A stretch of 64,000 nucleotides of DNA from the human T2T-CHM13v2.0 reference genome, Homo sapiens. This document shows, one piece after another, positions 50,346 to 64,000 of this stretch. The notes beneath the pieces were generated by a model, which searched no databases, was not told the origin of the DNA, and saw nothing but the letters and a program-made list of their open reading frames with translations. The number at the start of each line of letters is the position of its first letter. Position 1 is the first letter of the stretch. The translations under genes were made by a program, and so were the position numbers. The stretch is taken from NCBI RefSeq assembly GCF_009914755.1, contig NC_060929.1; one strand, given 5' to 3'.

Positions 50346-50687
50346 GGAGAGTGTGAGTTTTCACAATTTCAGAGTTGTCCTATCTCCATGGCACAAGCTG
50401 GGTAAATTTATATGATGCTGAATCACTTGGCACATTTTCTTAGAGTGGCAAATCATTCCAGTCTTCCTTCGATTTTCAAATCTAAAAGTGAAGGTTGCTC
50501 CCTAAGCTCCCAAGTAAGTACATCCTTGTGCTCCAAGATAATTGAAATTTGGATTCTAGACAAACAAAATCGCTCAATTTAGACAGTAAAGAAAAAGGTG
50601 AGCTTAGGACCTGAGTGATCTAGATAATGGCTTTAACTGTGTACTTGGTGGGACTGAAGGCTCCCATTGGGTTAGTCCCTAAAGTTG

Positions 50688-50836
50688 CACAGTCCAATAT
50701 GGTAGCCATTAGGCTATTGAGCACTTGAGATGTGGCTAGTCAAAAACCTGTAAGGGATACACATCAGGTTTTGAAGGTTTTAAAGTATTTTATTGAACAT
50801 TTTTGTATTGATCACAGGTAATATTTTAGATATTGG
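50688..50836. mobile_element. MER3/MER33-like hAT fragment
   Basis: GTCCAATATGGTAGCCA..GGCTATTGAGCACTTGAGATGTGGCTAGT..TAATATTTTAGATATT. Confidence 0.7.
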
Positions 50837-51541
50837 AAGCCTCAGAACTTAATCCCCAGTGTTGGTGCAGCTTACAGTAACTGGATCTGGAAGGTGTTCC
50901 TGGATCCACAGTGACTCAAACGCCTTGGGCAGTAGGGTCAGAAAGTACCTCCAATCCAGCCTGGCGCAGCAACTCCTTCTCCTGTCTTCTTGCTCCTCCC
51001 ACTACCAACATCTCTCCATATTTCCTGTTTCTATTCTAGAGGGAGAGGTGGAAGATATCAGACTGACCTAGTTAATGTCATCATTTGTAGTTAGAAGAAC
51101 TTTTCCTCTCAGGCCAAAAGTCGACTGGTCATGTGAGTGTCTCTGAGCCGATCAGCTGTGCTCTTGTGTGGGAAGATCAGCCATAGGATTCAGATTAACC
51201 ATCTCTGATCAGAGAACAGCCTGGGCCACTTCCCTCCTCTGTGGCTATGAGAGGGACTGGTGCCATGATTGCCTAGTCCAATACACTCAGTGCTTTAAAA
51301 CTATTAGCTAAATTAAACTCAAGAAAATGAGATCAGTTTCACAGTCTGATAGTGAAAAATGCCCTTGAGCGGAGATTAGGGAGGGAGGCAGTAGTGATTC
51401 CTCCATGGCCACGTGGCGGAATCTGACCTCCCTCAGCTCGCTTTTCTCTTTGCACCTGATTGTTGTTTGGATTCGGCACAAAGCACAGAGAGCAGCCCAG
51501 GTGAGAATGAGTGGAAATCACGCTGCCTCAGAGAGTGACCT

Positions 51542-52263
<722 letters not shown>

Positions 52264-55063
52264 GCACCCAAAGATGAAACTGCCTCATGTCGAGTTTTTT
52301 TCTGTCTGCTCAGCTGCCTGGGCTGCAAACTTGTGACTGATACAGACAGCCCATGAGCTTCTAAGACAGGAAGACAGGTGAGCAGACCACCCAGGTGTTG
52401 AGCCCTCCCTACAACCATAGCTGGAGGCACTGGCTGCAGTGGGGAGTCTTCCCATCACGCTTGCTGTGGTGGGACGTCAGCCAGTAGCTCCTTTCTTCTC
52501 CATTAGCTCCTGGAGGACGGCTCCAGTCTCCACACCTGCTGTTTACTTCGTTTTTCCCTTCTGAGTTGGCAGCAGGAATACAAGGACTCCCCTGGCTTCT
52601 CAGCAACTGAGATGCAGCCATTTTTGCTTTGAAAGTCAGAAACCTGGGAGATGCAAGAACTATCACCTTTTTGATGGAATAGGCCCAAAAGAGCAGGTGG
52701 CAAGGAGGCCAAGTGCCAAGAGAAAGCTTAGTTGTCATCTGAGGCCTTGAAACTTTTAAAGTGATTCAGCAAAGCTGTGTACACAAAACTTTATCAATTA
52801 TGCATCATAAATAGGTCATTTAAATGCACAATGTGCTAATTGAATATCATTTTAATTCATAGTAATAGAGAATAATTATAGACCCCACCCCCATTTCTTT
52901 TCAGAATGCAAAGATGAGCAGAATAAACTGCCCTTGAGAGGCCTTGCAATTGGGGGGAAATCCCCAGCAAATATAGAAATGTGGGTCAGTGGAGAGGTGA
53001 GGAATGCTTGGGCTTTTGTCCATCTCTGTTCCTGCCTTTCTCTGCCTGTCCTGTGATTGCAGAAATCTGGTGCAGCAAAGCTTCGTTTCTCCTCTCTGTT
53101 GAGTTTTTTAGTTCAAAGAAGGGCCAGTGGGTTTGGCTCCCGATAGTATGTGGCCCCTCTCACCAGCATTGGCCACAGAAGGGCACACTTAGGCATGCAA
53201 TGTGTGTGCCCAGTACCGCCCTCCACAGAGCCTCTACCTTGACCTCTGTAACCCAGGGCCATCTGGAACCCATAGCCTGGGACAGTGTTGGAATGGTCCT
53301 CATATAAACCACTTGCCAGGTGTCTTGTTATAGTGAAAGAAAGCTGTTTAATAAGAAATAGATGGCAGAGAAATTTGGTTTTTAATGAGAACTGAGATGC
53401 TTACAGATATTCATTTATAGTGGTTATCTCTGGGAGGGGAAATTACTGGTAATTTTTCAGTTTTCTTTCCTTTTCTTAGTATCAGCATATATTCATTTTC
53501 TAACAATAATAAAATAAACAAAGCACATAGATGTTTCCTTTCTTGAATCAGATGCCCTGCACTGTGGCTGTAGTCCATCATCCAAACTGCATGGAGTCCC
53601 GGATGGTGTCCAAGTCATGTGACCTGCCAAAGCCCATCACTTGCAGTCCTGTTGCCAAACGGGCCTGTGAGTTGGAGAGAGCATCCGTAGGAGGGAAAAT
53701 TCAAAATGTAACCTCTGGCAAGGGAGAGGTCCCTGGGCAGAGCAGGCTGAGAAGTAAAGCCTTGGCCGCCTGTTGCAGCTCAACTTTCTCTGCCCTTGTC
53801 TGACCCTGTCTCCATCTGTGAGGTCTACTCCTTATGGCTGGTTTCCCCAGTAGTGTAGCAAAATGTTCCTGTCTGTAAGGCCTGGAGGGGCAGGGCTGAA
53901 AGGAGTATGGCTGCCTGTGAAAACCACAGCTAAGCCTCTGGCCTTCCCTCCATCTCCATCCCCAACCCCTTCATGGCTGCCGCCCACTCTCCTTCCTCCT
54001 CCTGCTGGCTTGTACATTGGAAGGAGGAAGGGAAGGGAACAAGGGAATGAACAGTCAGTATTTGTCAGCTGTGAGCCAAGTGCTCTACATAAAATAAACT
54101 GTCTGAATTGTCACAAGAATTCTGGCAGATTGGTGTAGCAATCTACTTCTAAAAATGAGGAAACTAAGAAAGACATAAGATCTAAGTCAATGTATATCAT
54201 GCAGCGAAGAAATGAGATAGTGAAGATTTGAATGCAGGTCTTCTGACTTTAATATTCAGGCTCATGTCTTGACTTCTGGTGCATCCTTTAGGGTTACAAT
54301 TAGTTCTAAGACTCTAAGTCTGTGATTTTTCTGAAATTTAGTTTTATGGGCTGAGAGTCCCTTTTGCCTGGCTTTGAGATAGACATCAATAAAGAGACAT
54401 AGGTATATAGTCTACAGAGAATTATTGTGTAAGAGTAACTGGAAGGTGCCCAAACCAGAGCTAGAGAATTGGAGATAAAGCAGGTTGTGCAGCTTTAACG
54501 GCTCTTTCCCTCCCTAGATGAGGCCACCAAGAGAGTGGAGAGAGTGTTGTCTTTCCTCCACCAGCCCCCTCCTCTGGCCCCCTCCCCACTATGGCACCTA
54601 GTAATGCTACTTCCTTTAGTAGAAGTTTAAATGGTGTTGAACCGCACTCAAAATAAAGCTGTGAACAGATTACCCTTTTATTTTATGCCCTACTGTGAAG
54701 TCTACCCATGAAGTGTATATTAAATCACATAAAACTTGTATCACCACTGTGGCACACTTATAATATAGCTAATTGTTCTTTTAGCATAGTTTGGGAAGTT
54801 AGTGTGAGCCTAACTGCCTGGTCACCATTCTTACAAAGCCAACTATAACTTTCTGGGTCCAGCCAGTCAGGGGTGAGAGGTGAAAGCAAGGAAAGCAAAA
54901 CCGGATACTCTGAAGAAATCCGGTCCAGAGAAGCAGACCTCATTGAAGACCTTAGAGTGATAAGCAGGAGCAGAATTTACCAAATTTCCTTTCTTTCTTT
55001 ATCATCTCTATGATTTTTGTTATTACAATAGGTCACTGAGCTGTTATTTATTTAATATTTTAA

Positions 55064-55376
<313 letters not shown>

Positions 55377-55467
55377 TGATAGACTCACTTTTAAAGTATT
55401 TTGGTTTCATCTTTAGCAATATTATTCATGAAATTACTTATTAGTTATATGTTTTTCTAAAACACTC

Positions 55468-55520
55468 TGACATTGGGATATTGGGACATGACATTGGGAC
55501 ATTGACATTGGGACATGACA
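55468..55520. repeat. Short irregular tandem repeat of TGACATTGGGACA-like units
   Basis: TGACATTGGGATATTGGGACATGACATTGGGACATTGACATTGGGACATGACA. Confidence 0.85.
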
Positions 55521-56637
55521 ATAAAAAATGTTTGTGTAGCACTAAAAAATCATCTGAAGTGCCACACTTTGGTAATCAATGCCAAAGGGGACCAAGAACT
55601 CTTTCTTCAACTATAGGGAACCCTCTGTACTCAGGGCTCTGAGAACTGGAAGCCCTCAGCTGCTGCCCTGTCACCTTCTCACCACCCTCCCTCTCGGCCG
55701 TGGGTGAGGACAGTGCAGGCACCTGCACTGAACTATACCTGGCCAGCTCCCACCCTCTATATAGGAACTGCTTTTCCTGAAAATAAAAGCTAGCTTGATT
55801 ATAACTTTACCTGCAGTAGCTATATTTTCAGAATCCCAAATCAAGATATATGTTTTGGTCACAGGAAAGAATATCTAAAAGTGAGACAGTCCCAGAAAAC
55901 ATGGGGGAGTGAAGCGGTTGTCCTCAAGTGGCTTGTGAGTGGAAACTCTTCTCCTGCCCCATCATGGGCTTTGTTCTTAGGGGAAAACTGGATCCACCTG
56001 GAGACAGTTTGTGCTGTTCGATGCTTGCTGGGTTTTTATGGGCTGGCTATCAAGTGGCTGGGCATTTTCCAAAACTTGAATTCCTTGTTTCTTACTACTT
56101 GTTGGCCTTGACACCTGAGGCTCTTTCACAAGCATGCACTACTGTGGTCAAAACTAACTGGAGAGAAAGAGAGAGAGATTGAGGGAGACAGAAAGAGGAG
56201 AGAAGAAGAGTGAGAGGAGCTGGGTTGATGCATTAGGCTCGGTAATGGGAGGGATGATAACAGGGGTGGTCAGGAGTTGCCTACCAGTGCCGTTTTCTAT
56301 CTCCAAGAAGGCTGTGAGGTGGCAGGAAGAAAAAACGAAAGAGCGCCTACTGGGGTGGGAGTCTTTGTAATACTTATGCAAAGAATGGAACTATTTACCA
56401 TGTGCTTTTCCTGCCACAGTCACCTCAGGACATTTTCTTTGTCTATGTTTGTCAGTTAAGACTCTTGGCTGCAAATGCCAAAAAAAAGCCAGCTCAAATT
56501 GTCTTCAGCCAAAACAGAATTATATTGATTCATGTAGGCTGCAATGCACAAGGGGTAGGGTGGCTGAGGCCAAGACAATGTCCTCAAGACTTATTTTCTT
56601 TCCATTTTTCAGTGAGTTGGCTTCCGTCTTGACTTTA

Positions 56638-56936
56638 TGTATTTATTTAGAGATAGGGTCTTCCTCTGTGGCCCAGGCTGGTGCGCTGTGATGCAATCAT
56701 AACTCACTGCAGCCTCCAGCTCCTGAGCTCAGGTGATCCTATCCTCCCACTTCAGCGCCGCTGAGTAGCTGGGACTACAGGTGCATACCACTATGCCTGG
56801 CTAATTTTTAAAGTTTTTGTAGAGACAGGATTTCACCATGTTACCCAGGCTGGTTCCAAACTCCTGGCCTCAAGTGATCCTCCAGCCTTGACTTCTCAAA
56901 GTGTTGGGATTACAGGCATGAGCCACTGTGCTGGCC
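56638..56936 (-). mobile_element. Alu, AluJ-type
   Basis: Reverse AluJ; 16-bp TSD TTCCGTCTTGACTTTA (56622-56637) / TTCTGTCTTGACTTTA (56937-56952). Confidence 0.93.
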
Positions 56937-58034
56937 TTCTGTCTTGACTTTATATGGTGGTGATAGCCCCTACATTGTTTTTGGTCTCCAAGATTTATTC
57001 GGCTCCAATCCAACTTTCTTCAGCATTTTTTTGTTTTTAGAAGATGCAGTGTAGCGAGAAGGTCAAAGACCATTTCCACCAAGTTCAGGGATAGCTCTCC
57101 ATAGCAAAAGAGGAAGGCTCCTGGAGGGCCATGACCAAGCACTGAACCTGGTTCACAAAGATCCCTTTGGTGGTGTTTGCACCTTGATGTGCAAAACAAT
57201 TTATGAATTGCCATCACCAAATGAGACTGGGCATACCAGGTTTCTGCTCAGCTTATAAAATATACAATACAAATATGGTGAAAATATTTCTTGAAAGACA
57301 ACACAACAGCGCTTTGCCATGATTGAGACTTTTGGATACTCCCTCTGGGCCAGACATACCTTGGCCGATGATGTCCTGGCATATGCAGGTGCCGGTGAAT
57401 TTGTCTCCCACTCCCCTAGCCCCTGCCCCATTCTTCAGGCCATCTCTTTGTTAGGCTTCTCCTTTCTAGCCAACTCTCCTAAATTGTTTTCATTTTGGAC
57501 TTTCTGCTTTTGTCCCTTAATTTATTTGACTACATAACCCAAACATACAGGCCAAGTAGGAAACCAGAGGGACTTGGTTTAGAATTTCCTGACAACGAAT
57601 ATGGAATAATTCAAATTTACTGCTAGAGACTGACATTTGTTTTCTTATAGAACCTTTAAAATAAAATCAATATTCTTCATGTATCTGTCTGGAGGAAGGG
57701 TCCCAGACAACCTCACAGGTCACCTTTAGTCCTGAGGCTTGACAAACTACAGCATTCTGTCCTGGGCTCCTCCTTCTCCATCCTCCCCTCTCCTAATGGG
57801 CTCCTCTGATCTCTGCAACCACCTCCTCTGCCCTGAACGCAGGCCAGCTGCTGACTTGGCTCAGAGAGTCATGGCTTTGCTGCCTGTTTACCTTGGAATA
57901 ATATAAAATAAAGCTGATTTGACTTTCTCTGGTTTACCAAGAGCTTTTACATTTTATGCACTCTGTCTCATTAGAGATAGCATCTATCCCATTAGATTGC
58001 CATAATATTTCCATGAGGAATGCTGAGAATAAGA

Positions 58035-58510
58035 GTGTTCTGGTTATAATTGCATAACATCCCCAAAACACAGTGCCTGAAAACACCGACGATCATTTAC
58101 TTACCTCATGGGTTTGCAGATTGGGAAGTGCTCCATGCGGAAGCTCATCTCTGCTCCATGAAGGATAAGCTGAGACAATTTGACTGAGGGCTGGAAGCTG
58201 AGCTTCCGAGATGGTTCCCTCACCGGTCTGGCAAGGTGGTGCTGGCCATCCAGCTGGGCTTCTCTGGGGGCTACTTGGGTATCCTTACAGCATGGTAATT
58301 GGGTCCCTCGAGCAGGCATTTCTAGAGATGTCATGTGAAAATTTGTGGTTTTAAAGACCTAGATCTGGACACTGGCATAGCAGCATTTGTGCCATGTTCT
58401 AATGGTCCTGCTGTCACAAAGCCCAGATGCAAGGGGACGGCACGAAGACCTATACGTCTGAATGGGAAGTGTGCCAGAGAATTTGGGAGCCACATTTTAA
58501 AATTGCCAAA
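58035..58510 (-). mobile_element. Old MaLR LTR, MLT1G/H-like
   Basis: TTGCATAACATCCCCAAAAC..CTCATCTCTGCTCCATG..CTTCCGAGATGG..TCTGGCAAGGTGGTGCTGGC..TTTAAAATTGCCA. Confidence 0.65.
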
Positions 58511-59318
58511 TTGACCAGAGGGAATTGAAGCTTCAAGTAGTTTAGTGACTTGCCTGTAATCACTTGAGTGGACCCTTTCGAGATGCCCACCCACTTCATT
58601 GCCAACTTCTCTGAGATTTGCTGTTTACCCATAGGTGGCCCTGAAGTCCTTTTTATTCTCTGGAACTGGGCATCACATAGGCATTTCCATGTTCTGTGTG
58701 AATGGTGCCCCCGACGTTTTACAGTGTTGCCAGCCTGAGAGTCTGACTGTGACTGGCTCCCAGGAATTTGGAATTGGGATGCAGAGAGGCTGGCACTGCA
58801 ATTGGCTACGGTTAACATTCCTTGAGCTCTGTTTCAAGGTCAGGGGATCTAGGGCCCAGAGCAGGTGGCACCACTGATACGTGTTCAACATGAAGGACAT
58901 TATTTCTTTTCTCTGGGCCTTAGCCTCCTGTATATGAGGAGGTAAATGATGCTAATAGTCTGTTCTCATGATTCAGTGCAGGTCAGGAATATACAAACTT
59001 GGCCTCCTAAAGCATTGTCAACATCTTGTCTCCTGATATTTTGATTCCTGTGCTGGCATTGCCAGAGGACTGAGGAGGGGTAAGAGGTAGTTTATTTTGT
59101 GATTGATTCAACAATGTGAGGCCATAGCCTCTCGATTTCAGAGTTGAAGGCTGAGGCTGAGCTCCTAGGTGCTGAGAGCCCCGGGCAATGGACAGCTCCA
59201 GTGGGGCCTGCCTTACCTGGCAGGGCTGCTGTGTGGGCCCAAGGAGATCATGGCTGGAAAGAAACTTATCAACAGTGAGGTACTTCATGACATGGCTTTT
59301 GGTATCATTGCTATATCC

Positions 59319-59536
59319 CAGTGGTTCTCAACTGGGGTGAATTTTCCCCCATGGGACAATTGGCAATGTCTGGAGACATTTTTGGTTGTCACAAGGTGAG
59401 TGAGAGGGTGCTACTGGCATCTTGTTGGTAGAGGACAGGGATGTTGCCAAACATCCTACAATGCACTGTACAGCCCCCCTTAAATAAAGAATTATCTAAC
59501 CCAAAATATCAACAATGCTGAGATTGGCAACCCCTG
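59319..59536. mobile_element. MER20 (hAT-Charlie), full length
   Basis: CAGTGGTTCTCAAC..GGCAATGTCTGGAGACATTTTTGGTTGTCACAA..AAACATCCTACAATGCAC..AAAGAATTATCT; 8-bp TSD CTATATCC/CTATATCT. Confidence 0.92.
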
Positions 59537-61631
59537 CTATATCTGAATACCCAAAGGGAAATTTTGAACCTTACAATCTGTATTGAATCAAAGTTAGATT
59601 ACAGCTGGAGTTTTCAATACTAGGCTTTCTAGTTTTCAATACCGTACATAACCTTTCTAGGTTATGGATTTTGTAATCCAGAGATGACAGCTGAAATCCT
59701 TGCATTTTGAGTTAATGTCATGAGATTAATTTGGATGTTCACGTTCATACCTCCTTGCCCAAGAGTTCACAAACTTCCAAGATTTTGCAAACTTCCATGT
59801 CTGAGTTTCTGGTCATGGTGTGGTGTCTCTGTTATATCCCACATCCACTCAGATGTGAAACTTACCTTTTATCTCAATATCCATTCAAGTGTGAGTATTT
59901 TCCTTTATGTGCCTGGGCTCACACATACCCCATCCACACTGGACAATGTGTGTGTGTACAGTACCGTGTTTGTGTGTATATATCAGAAGGAATTGGGATG
60001 GAGTTGGAGATTTATAACGCACCAGTATCTCTGTTCTTAAGTTTTTTTACCTGCTGCATTAACGAGCCTGCATGGAACCAAAAGAGTGGCATCAGTGAGT
60101 GTGTAGAGTAGAGAGAGAGTGGATATAAGAATAGGTAGCTATGAAAAACATGACATTTGAAAAATGGAGTATTCTGCAAATATGAACAAATTAAAGGAAG
60201 TATTTTTCAAACTTTTTTTGAGCATAACTCTCAGGAAAAAACAATCTGATATCTCATCCCTGTATACACGTCAATACAAATAATTTAAACAAAAGTTTCA
60301 TGGAATAAAACCCCCTTATTACATGCAATGCTCTTGGATATTTTCTTTGCTTTTCTATTTTATTTTGTAAGAATGCAGCAGCTGACTAAACTAACCAGTG
60401 GCTCTGACCTCCAGTTTGAAAATATGGCCTAGGGTGATATATGTGGGTAAGAGCCTGGGCCCCAGGGTGGGTGAATATGGTGAAGACTAAGGCTGCTGGC
60501 ACTGAGAAAATTGGGAACTGCAAGACTCCAGTACTCCATGACCATTCACTGTGGCATCAGGTTCTCGGGGTGTTGGTGGGACCTGTGGATCAGGGAACAT
60601 TTGGAATCTATGAGCCTAAACCATCAGTGAACATAGGGGAGTCATCAGGAGGTCAATGGATGGCTAAAAGGAGAAGGGAGAAAGAGCAGGTTGGAATAAG
60701 CCTCAGAGGTTGTGGTTTTCTCTGAATATAGAAGTATTCGTGGTTAGAAGAATCCTGATCATCCTTCCAGGCCCAAGCACTCATGGCACAAAGCACAGCA
60801 CAGCTGCTCAGCACAGGTGGAAAATCCTTGTTGATGAATTTATTCTTTTGACAAATATTTATTCAGCACCAACTAACTTAATATCTGATCCTTACACTTC
60901 TGTGTCCTGTTTTGTTTTTCCTACCAGGATCCTATTCAATCTAAAACTTGATGCTAAGGAACTCACAACTACACCTGGGCACTGTCTGACAACATTATCT
61001 TCTTTGTCTCATACCTGCATTCTGTATTAACACATAATAAGTCAAATGCAGGAAAGCAATTTAAAAATGGAAACACCCAAAGTTGTTATATGGATCTTGA
61101 AAATGGCTTCTGATCCTATCATAACACAGATTCTTAGGATAGAATAGTATAAATCATACAGTCCAAGACTGGTTTAAATGACCGAAAGAGCTCTGGGAAT
61201 AAGCGAGCAGTGGATTCCCAGTCTAATGATGAAGAACTCAGGTCACTGGACTCCAATTATTCCTTCAAGCATAATGTCTGCGTCAGGTCCATTTAAAACA
61301 AAGGCTGCATTTAAAATGATCACAGTTTATTTACCTTTTTCCTGGCTCAATATTCATCTATAGCTCTGAAAGAGACAGAAACGACTCCAGGCTTTGCTCT
61401 CTTGGGCTCTAATCTGGTGGCATAATCTGGAGTATGTTAGACCTGGCACGAATCCTGGCTCAGTCACTCACCAGCTTTCCCATGTGATGGGAAATCTACA
61501 ATTCCCATTTGCAATATTGAGCTTTTGTGAAAAAAACATTTGAGCCTGACACACATAGTAGAGTATCTGGTACAAAGCAGGTATCTAAAAATACTATTTC
61601 TTTTGCCATCTTTCCCTTTCTCCTCTGTCCC

Positions 61632-62105
61632 TGTGGTAGGTGGTAGTGTTATTCTCAATTCTTCACCCTTCTCTGTGTACCATTTACCATGTAACTTTGA
61701 AGTTCTTTTAACCAGAGACAGAATATATTTTTCTGCCTTACTGATATTGGGGTTGGCATCTTGATTTGTTTTGGGCTTGGCCATGTGACTTGCTTCAGTC
61801 ATTGAGATATTGGCAGATATGACACAAGTAGAGGCTTGAAGTGTGTTTTTATGGGTGAGCTCATTCTCTTGCACTCCCACTTTTCACCATGAGAACAACA
61901 CACTTGAAAACACTTCTGGTTCACAGAGAAGGAGAGACATGTGTGGGAGACCTGGACCCAGCCCACAGCTTGAGTCAAGTGCAGCTGAACGTAGCCCAGA
62001 TCAGCTGAACCCCAGATGATCTGCAGATGCATAAGAGAGAAATAAGTGCTTGCTGTATGTCTCTGAGTTTATGTAGCATTATTATAGCAATAGCTAACAG
62101 ATAAC
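61632..62105 (+). mobile_element. Old MaLR LTR, MLT1H/I-like
   Basis: TGTGGTAG..GGCCATGTGACTTGCTT..AGAGGCTTGAAGTG..CCATGAGAAC..GCATTATTATAGCAATAGCTAAC. Confidence 0.75.
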
Positions 62106-64000
62106 TACATTATAGCTTCCACACTCCTTAATAAATGCTGCATATCTTAAATAGCAGAGAAAGTGACTGTTCCAGGGAAGTGGTAGAACAAAGTGAATCA
62201 CTGGTGCATAGAAGGGGCTAGAGCTTTATTCTTTTGCTCTGCCCTAAAAACATTTTGTGGTGTCATGTACTGAAACTTCTCCATCTTTGTTTGTATGTAG
62301 GGAATATGTTATTAGAATGAAACTGTTTGGACATGGCACTATTTCCTTTGAGGCAGTAATTCCATAATTATTGTTTCTCTAAGAGTAAGGCCAAGCTGTT
62401 GTTAATAGATAAAACAAGCACACGTTGTGCAAAATCAGATTGTATTGACTTTGGAAGAAAACAAATTCTTATTGGCTGTTTACTCTTAGGTAAGGTGGCC
62501 TGATCTATCAATAGTGGGGAAACTAAAGTGGATCCCTCTATGCATGGGACAGAGCCTACCTTTCTCCACTTTGCAGCCAGCAAAGGAAAGCAGAGGACAA
62601 GGGGTATCACTGGGCACCACTCTAGGAAACTTCATTCACTTTTGCCCTACAGGCTTGTCTCCCATGGGAAGGGTTGTATCCAAACAGATAGGGGCAAGAA
62701 ACTGGAAGAAGCAGAGCATAGAGAGGGGCTACAAAAGAAGGGGGATGGAGCAGAGTCCTAGAGATGACCTGGAGACAGAGTCAGGGACCCTGTGTCAGAC
62801 CGGGCAGTCAAAGCGCTGTGCGTCAGTGCGGCGCTGAAGGGGTGAGTAAAGACGAGAGTCCAGCTGGAGCTCCACTTACCAAGCCAGGTGTCAGGCTCAT
62901 AGAGCAGTGGAGCACCATCTAGAAGGGGAGATTTCTTTATTTTTCTAATTCTCACAGAGGCACACCATGAACTAACAGCTGCTCTGGGCAAGAACAAAGC
63001 ACCGTATGTGTGGGACATCCTCAGAAGGTCCAAACTCTGGCTTTGTTCTCCTACCCCCAACCTTGCATGGGGCAAGGAACAACATTAGTTCAATAAAACC
63101 TTGTCTTTGGGCTCATCTACTGTGTCTGCCTTAGGATACCTTCAGTCCAACATCCTGCTGAGTTCAGAGTGGGTGCATTCTGGGTGGTGGTTCTTCCAAA
63201 GAGGAAGCACCTGTTTCCTGATCACCTGGCAGCAGCGTCCAGCCCTTTCCCTTTGGACTGCTAGAAGGAGTCCATTACAGACCAGAGACAATTTCCCAAG
63301 CTCGAGGGACCATAAAGTGTATTTCTTTGCTGGCTCTGGATCCCCCTTAGGTAATGAGGGACATCCCCCTGTCAGACCGAAAGAAGGAGGGTCCTGACAC
63401 ACTCAGGTTACAAGTCTATTCTATTTCAAAAGTAAAAATTGTTAATTTTTGATTTTGTTTAGAGAACACCCATCTCTGGGTTTCCTAGTTTTATTTCTTT
63501 CCTCTATTTGTGTTACATTTGGAGAGAGATCCAAATTTTGTGGGGCCCAACGCTTACACAGCTTGAGGGTCTGCTTGATGAAAAACATAGAAAATAACAA
63601 TACGACATTAGGTATAGAATTGAATCTTTATAAACTTTGAGGCTGGAAAGGGGCGGGTGCAAGTACGGGCCTTGAAGCTTGAGCCTTATCAGCCTCCTGG
63701 TATGTCTGTGTCTAACCACATTTGATTCCATTTCTCTCCCCTTTGTGTAGGAGGGTGATAGCCAGGAGCCAGAGCCTTGCTCTGAGGGGAGAGGGAGGAA
63801 CCCTTCTCCTGGGCTCTCCAGTTTGTTCTCTACTGTGCAGTTGGGGCAGAGTGTCCTGCGGATGGAGCAGGCAGCTCTGCTCTTCAGCATCACCTTGGGG
63901 AGGGTGACTGGGGAAGGCTTGGCCAGGCTGCTTGGCAGAGTCATCCTCTTGACCATGAGATGAGTGAGATACTCATGCAGAGGCCTTGGCACATGTCAAA

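Overview
This is not a microbial window. It is primate, most likely human, non-coding genomic DNA. It carries seven full-length Alu elements, many MIR/L2/L1 remnants, MaLR/ERVL/ERV1 solo LTRs and hAT/Tigger DNA-transposon fossils, and it is CpG-depleted overall. I can support no protein-coding exon; the listed ORFs are chance or repeat-derived. The non-repeat features are a CpG island at about 3.87-4.34 kb, a candidate first or 5'UTR exon ending at a donor at 13012, and several homeobox/POU-rich blocks that look like enhancers. Together these suggest the 5' end and a very long intron of a large gene (locus identity not established). The most unusual sequence-level object is a perfect 27+5+27 bp nested palindrome at 22750-22808 built from four AGGTCA nuclear-receptor half-sites. 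Other points are a 133-bp tandem duplication, a 32-bp dispersed duplication, micro-inversions that look like template-switch scars, nested transposon insertions and motif gain/loss inside LTRs. I found no evidence of a novel multi-gene system. Repeat subfamily names come from recalled consensus sequences and need RepeatMasker/Dfam confirmation; boundaries of old repeats are approximate.
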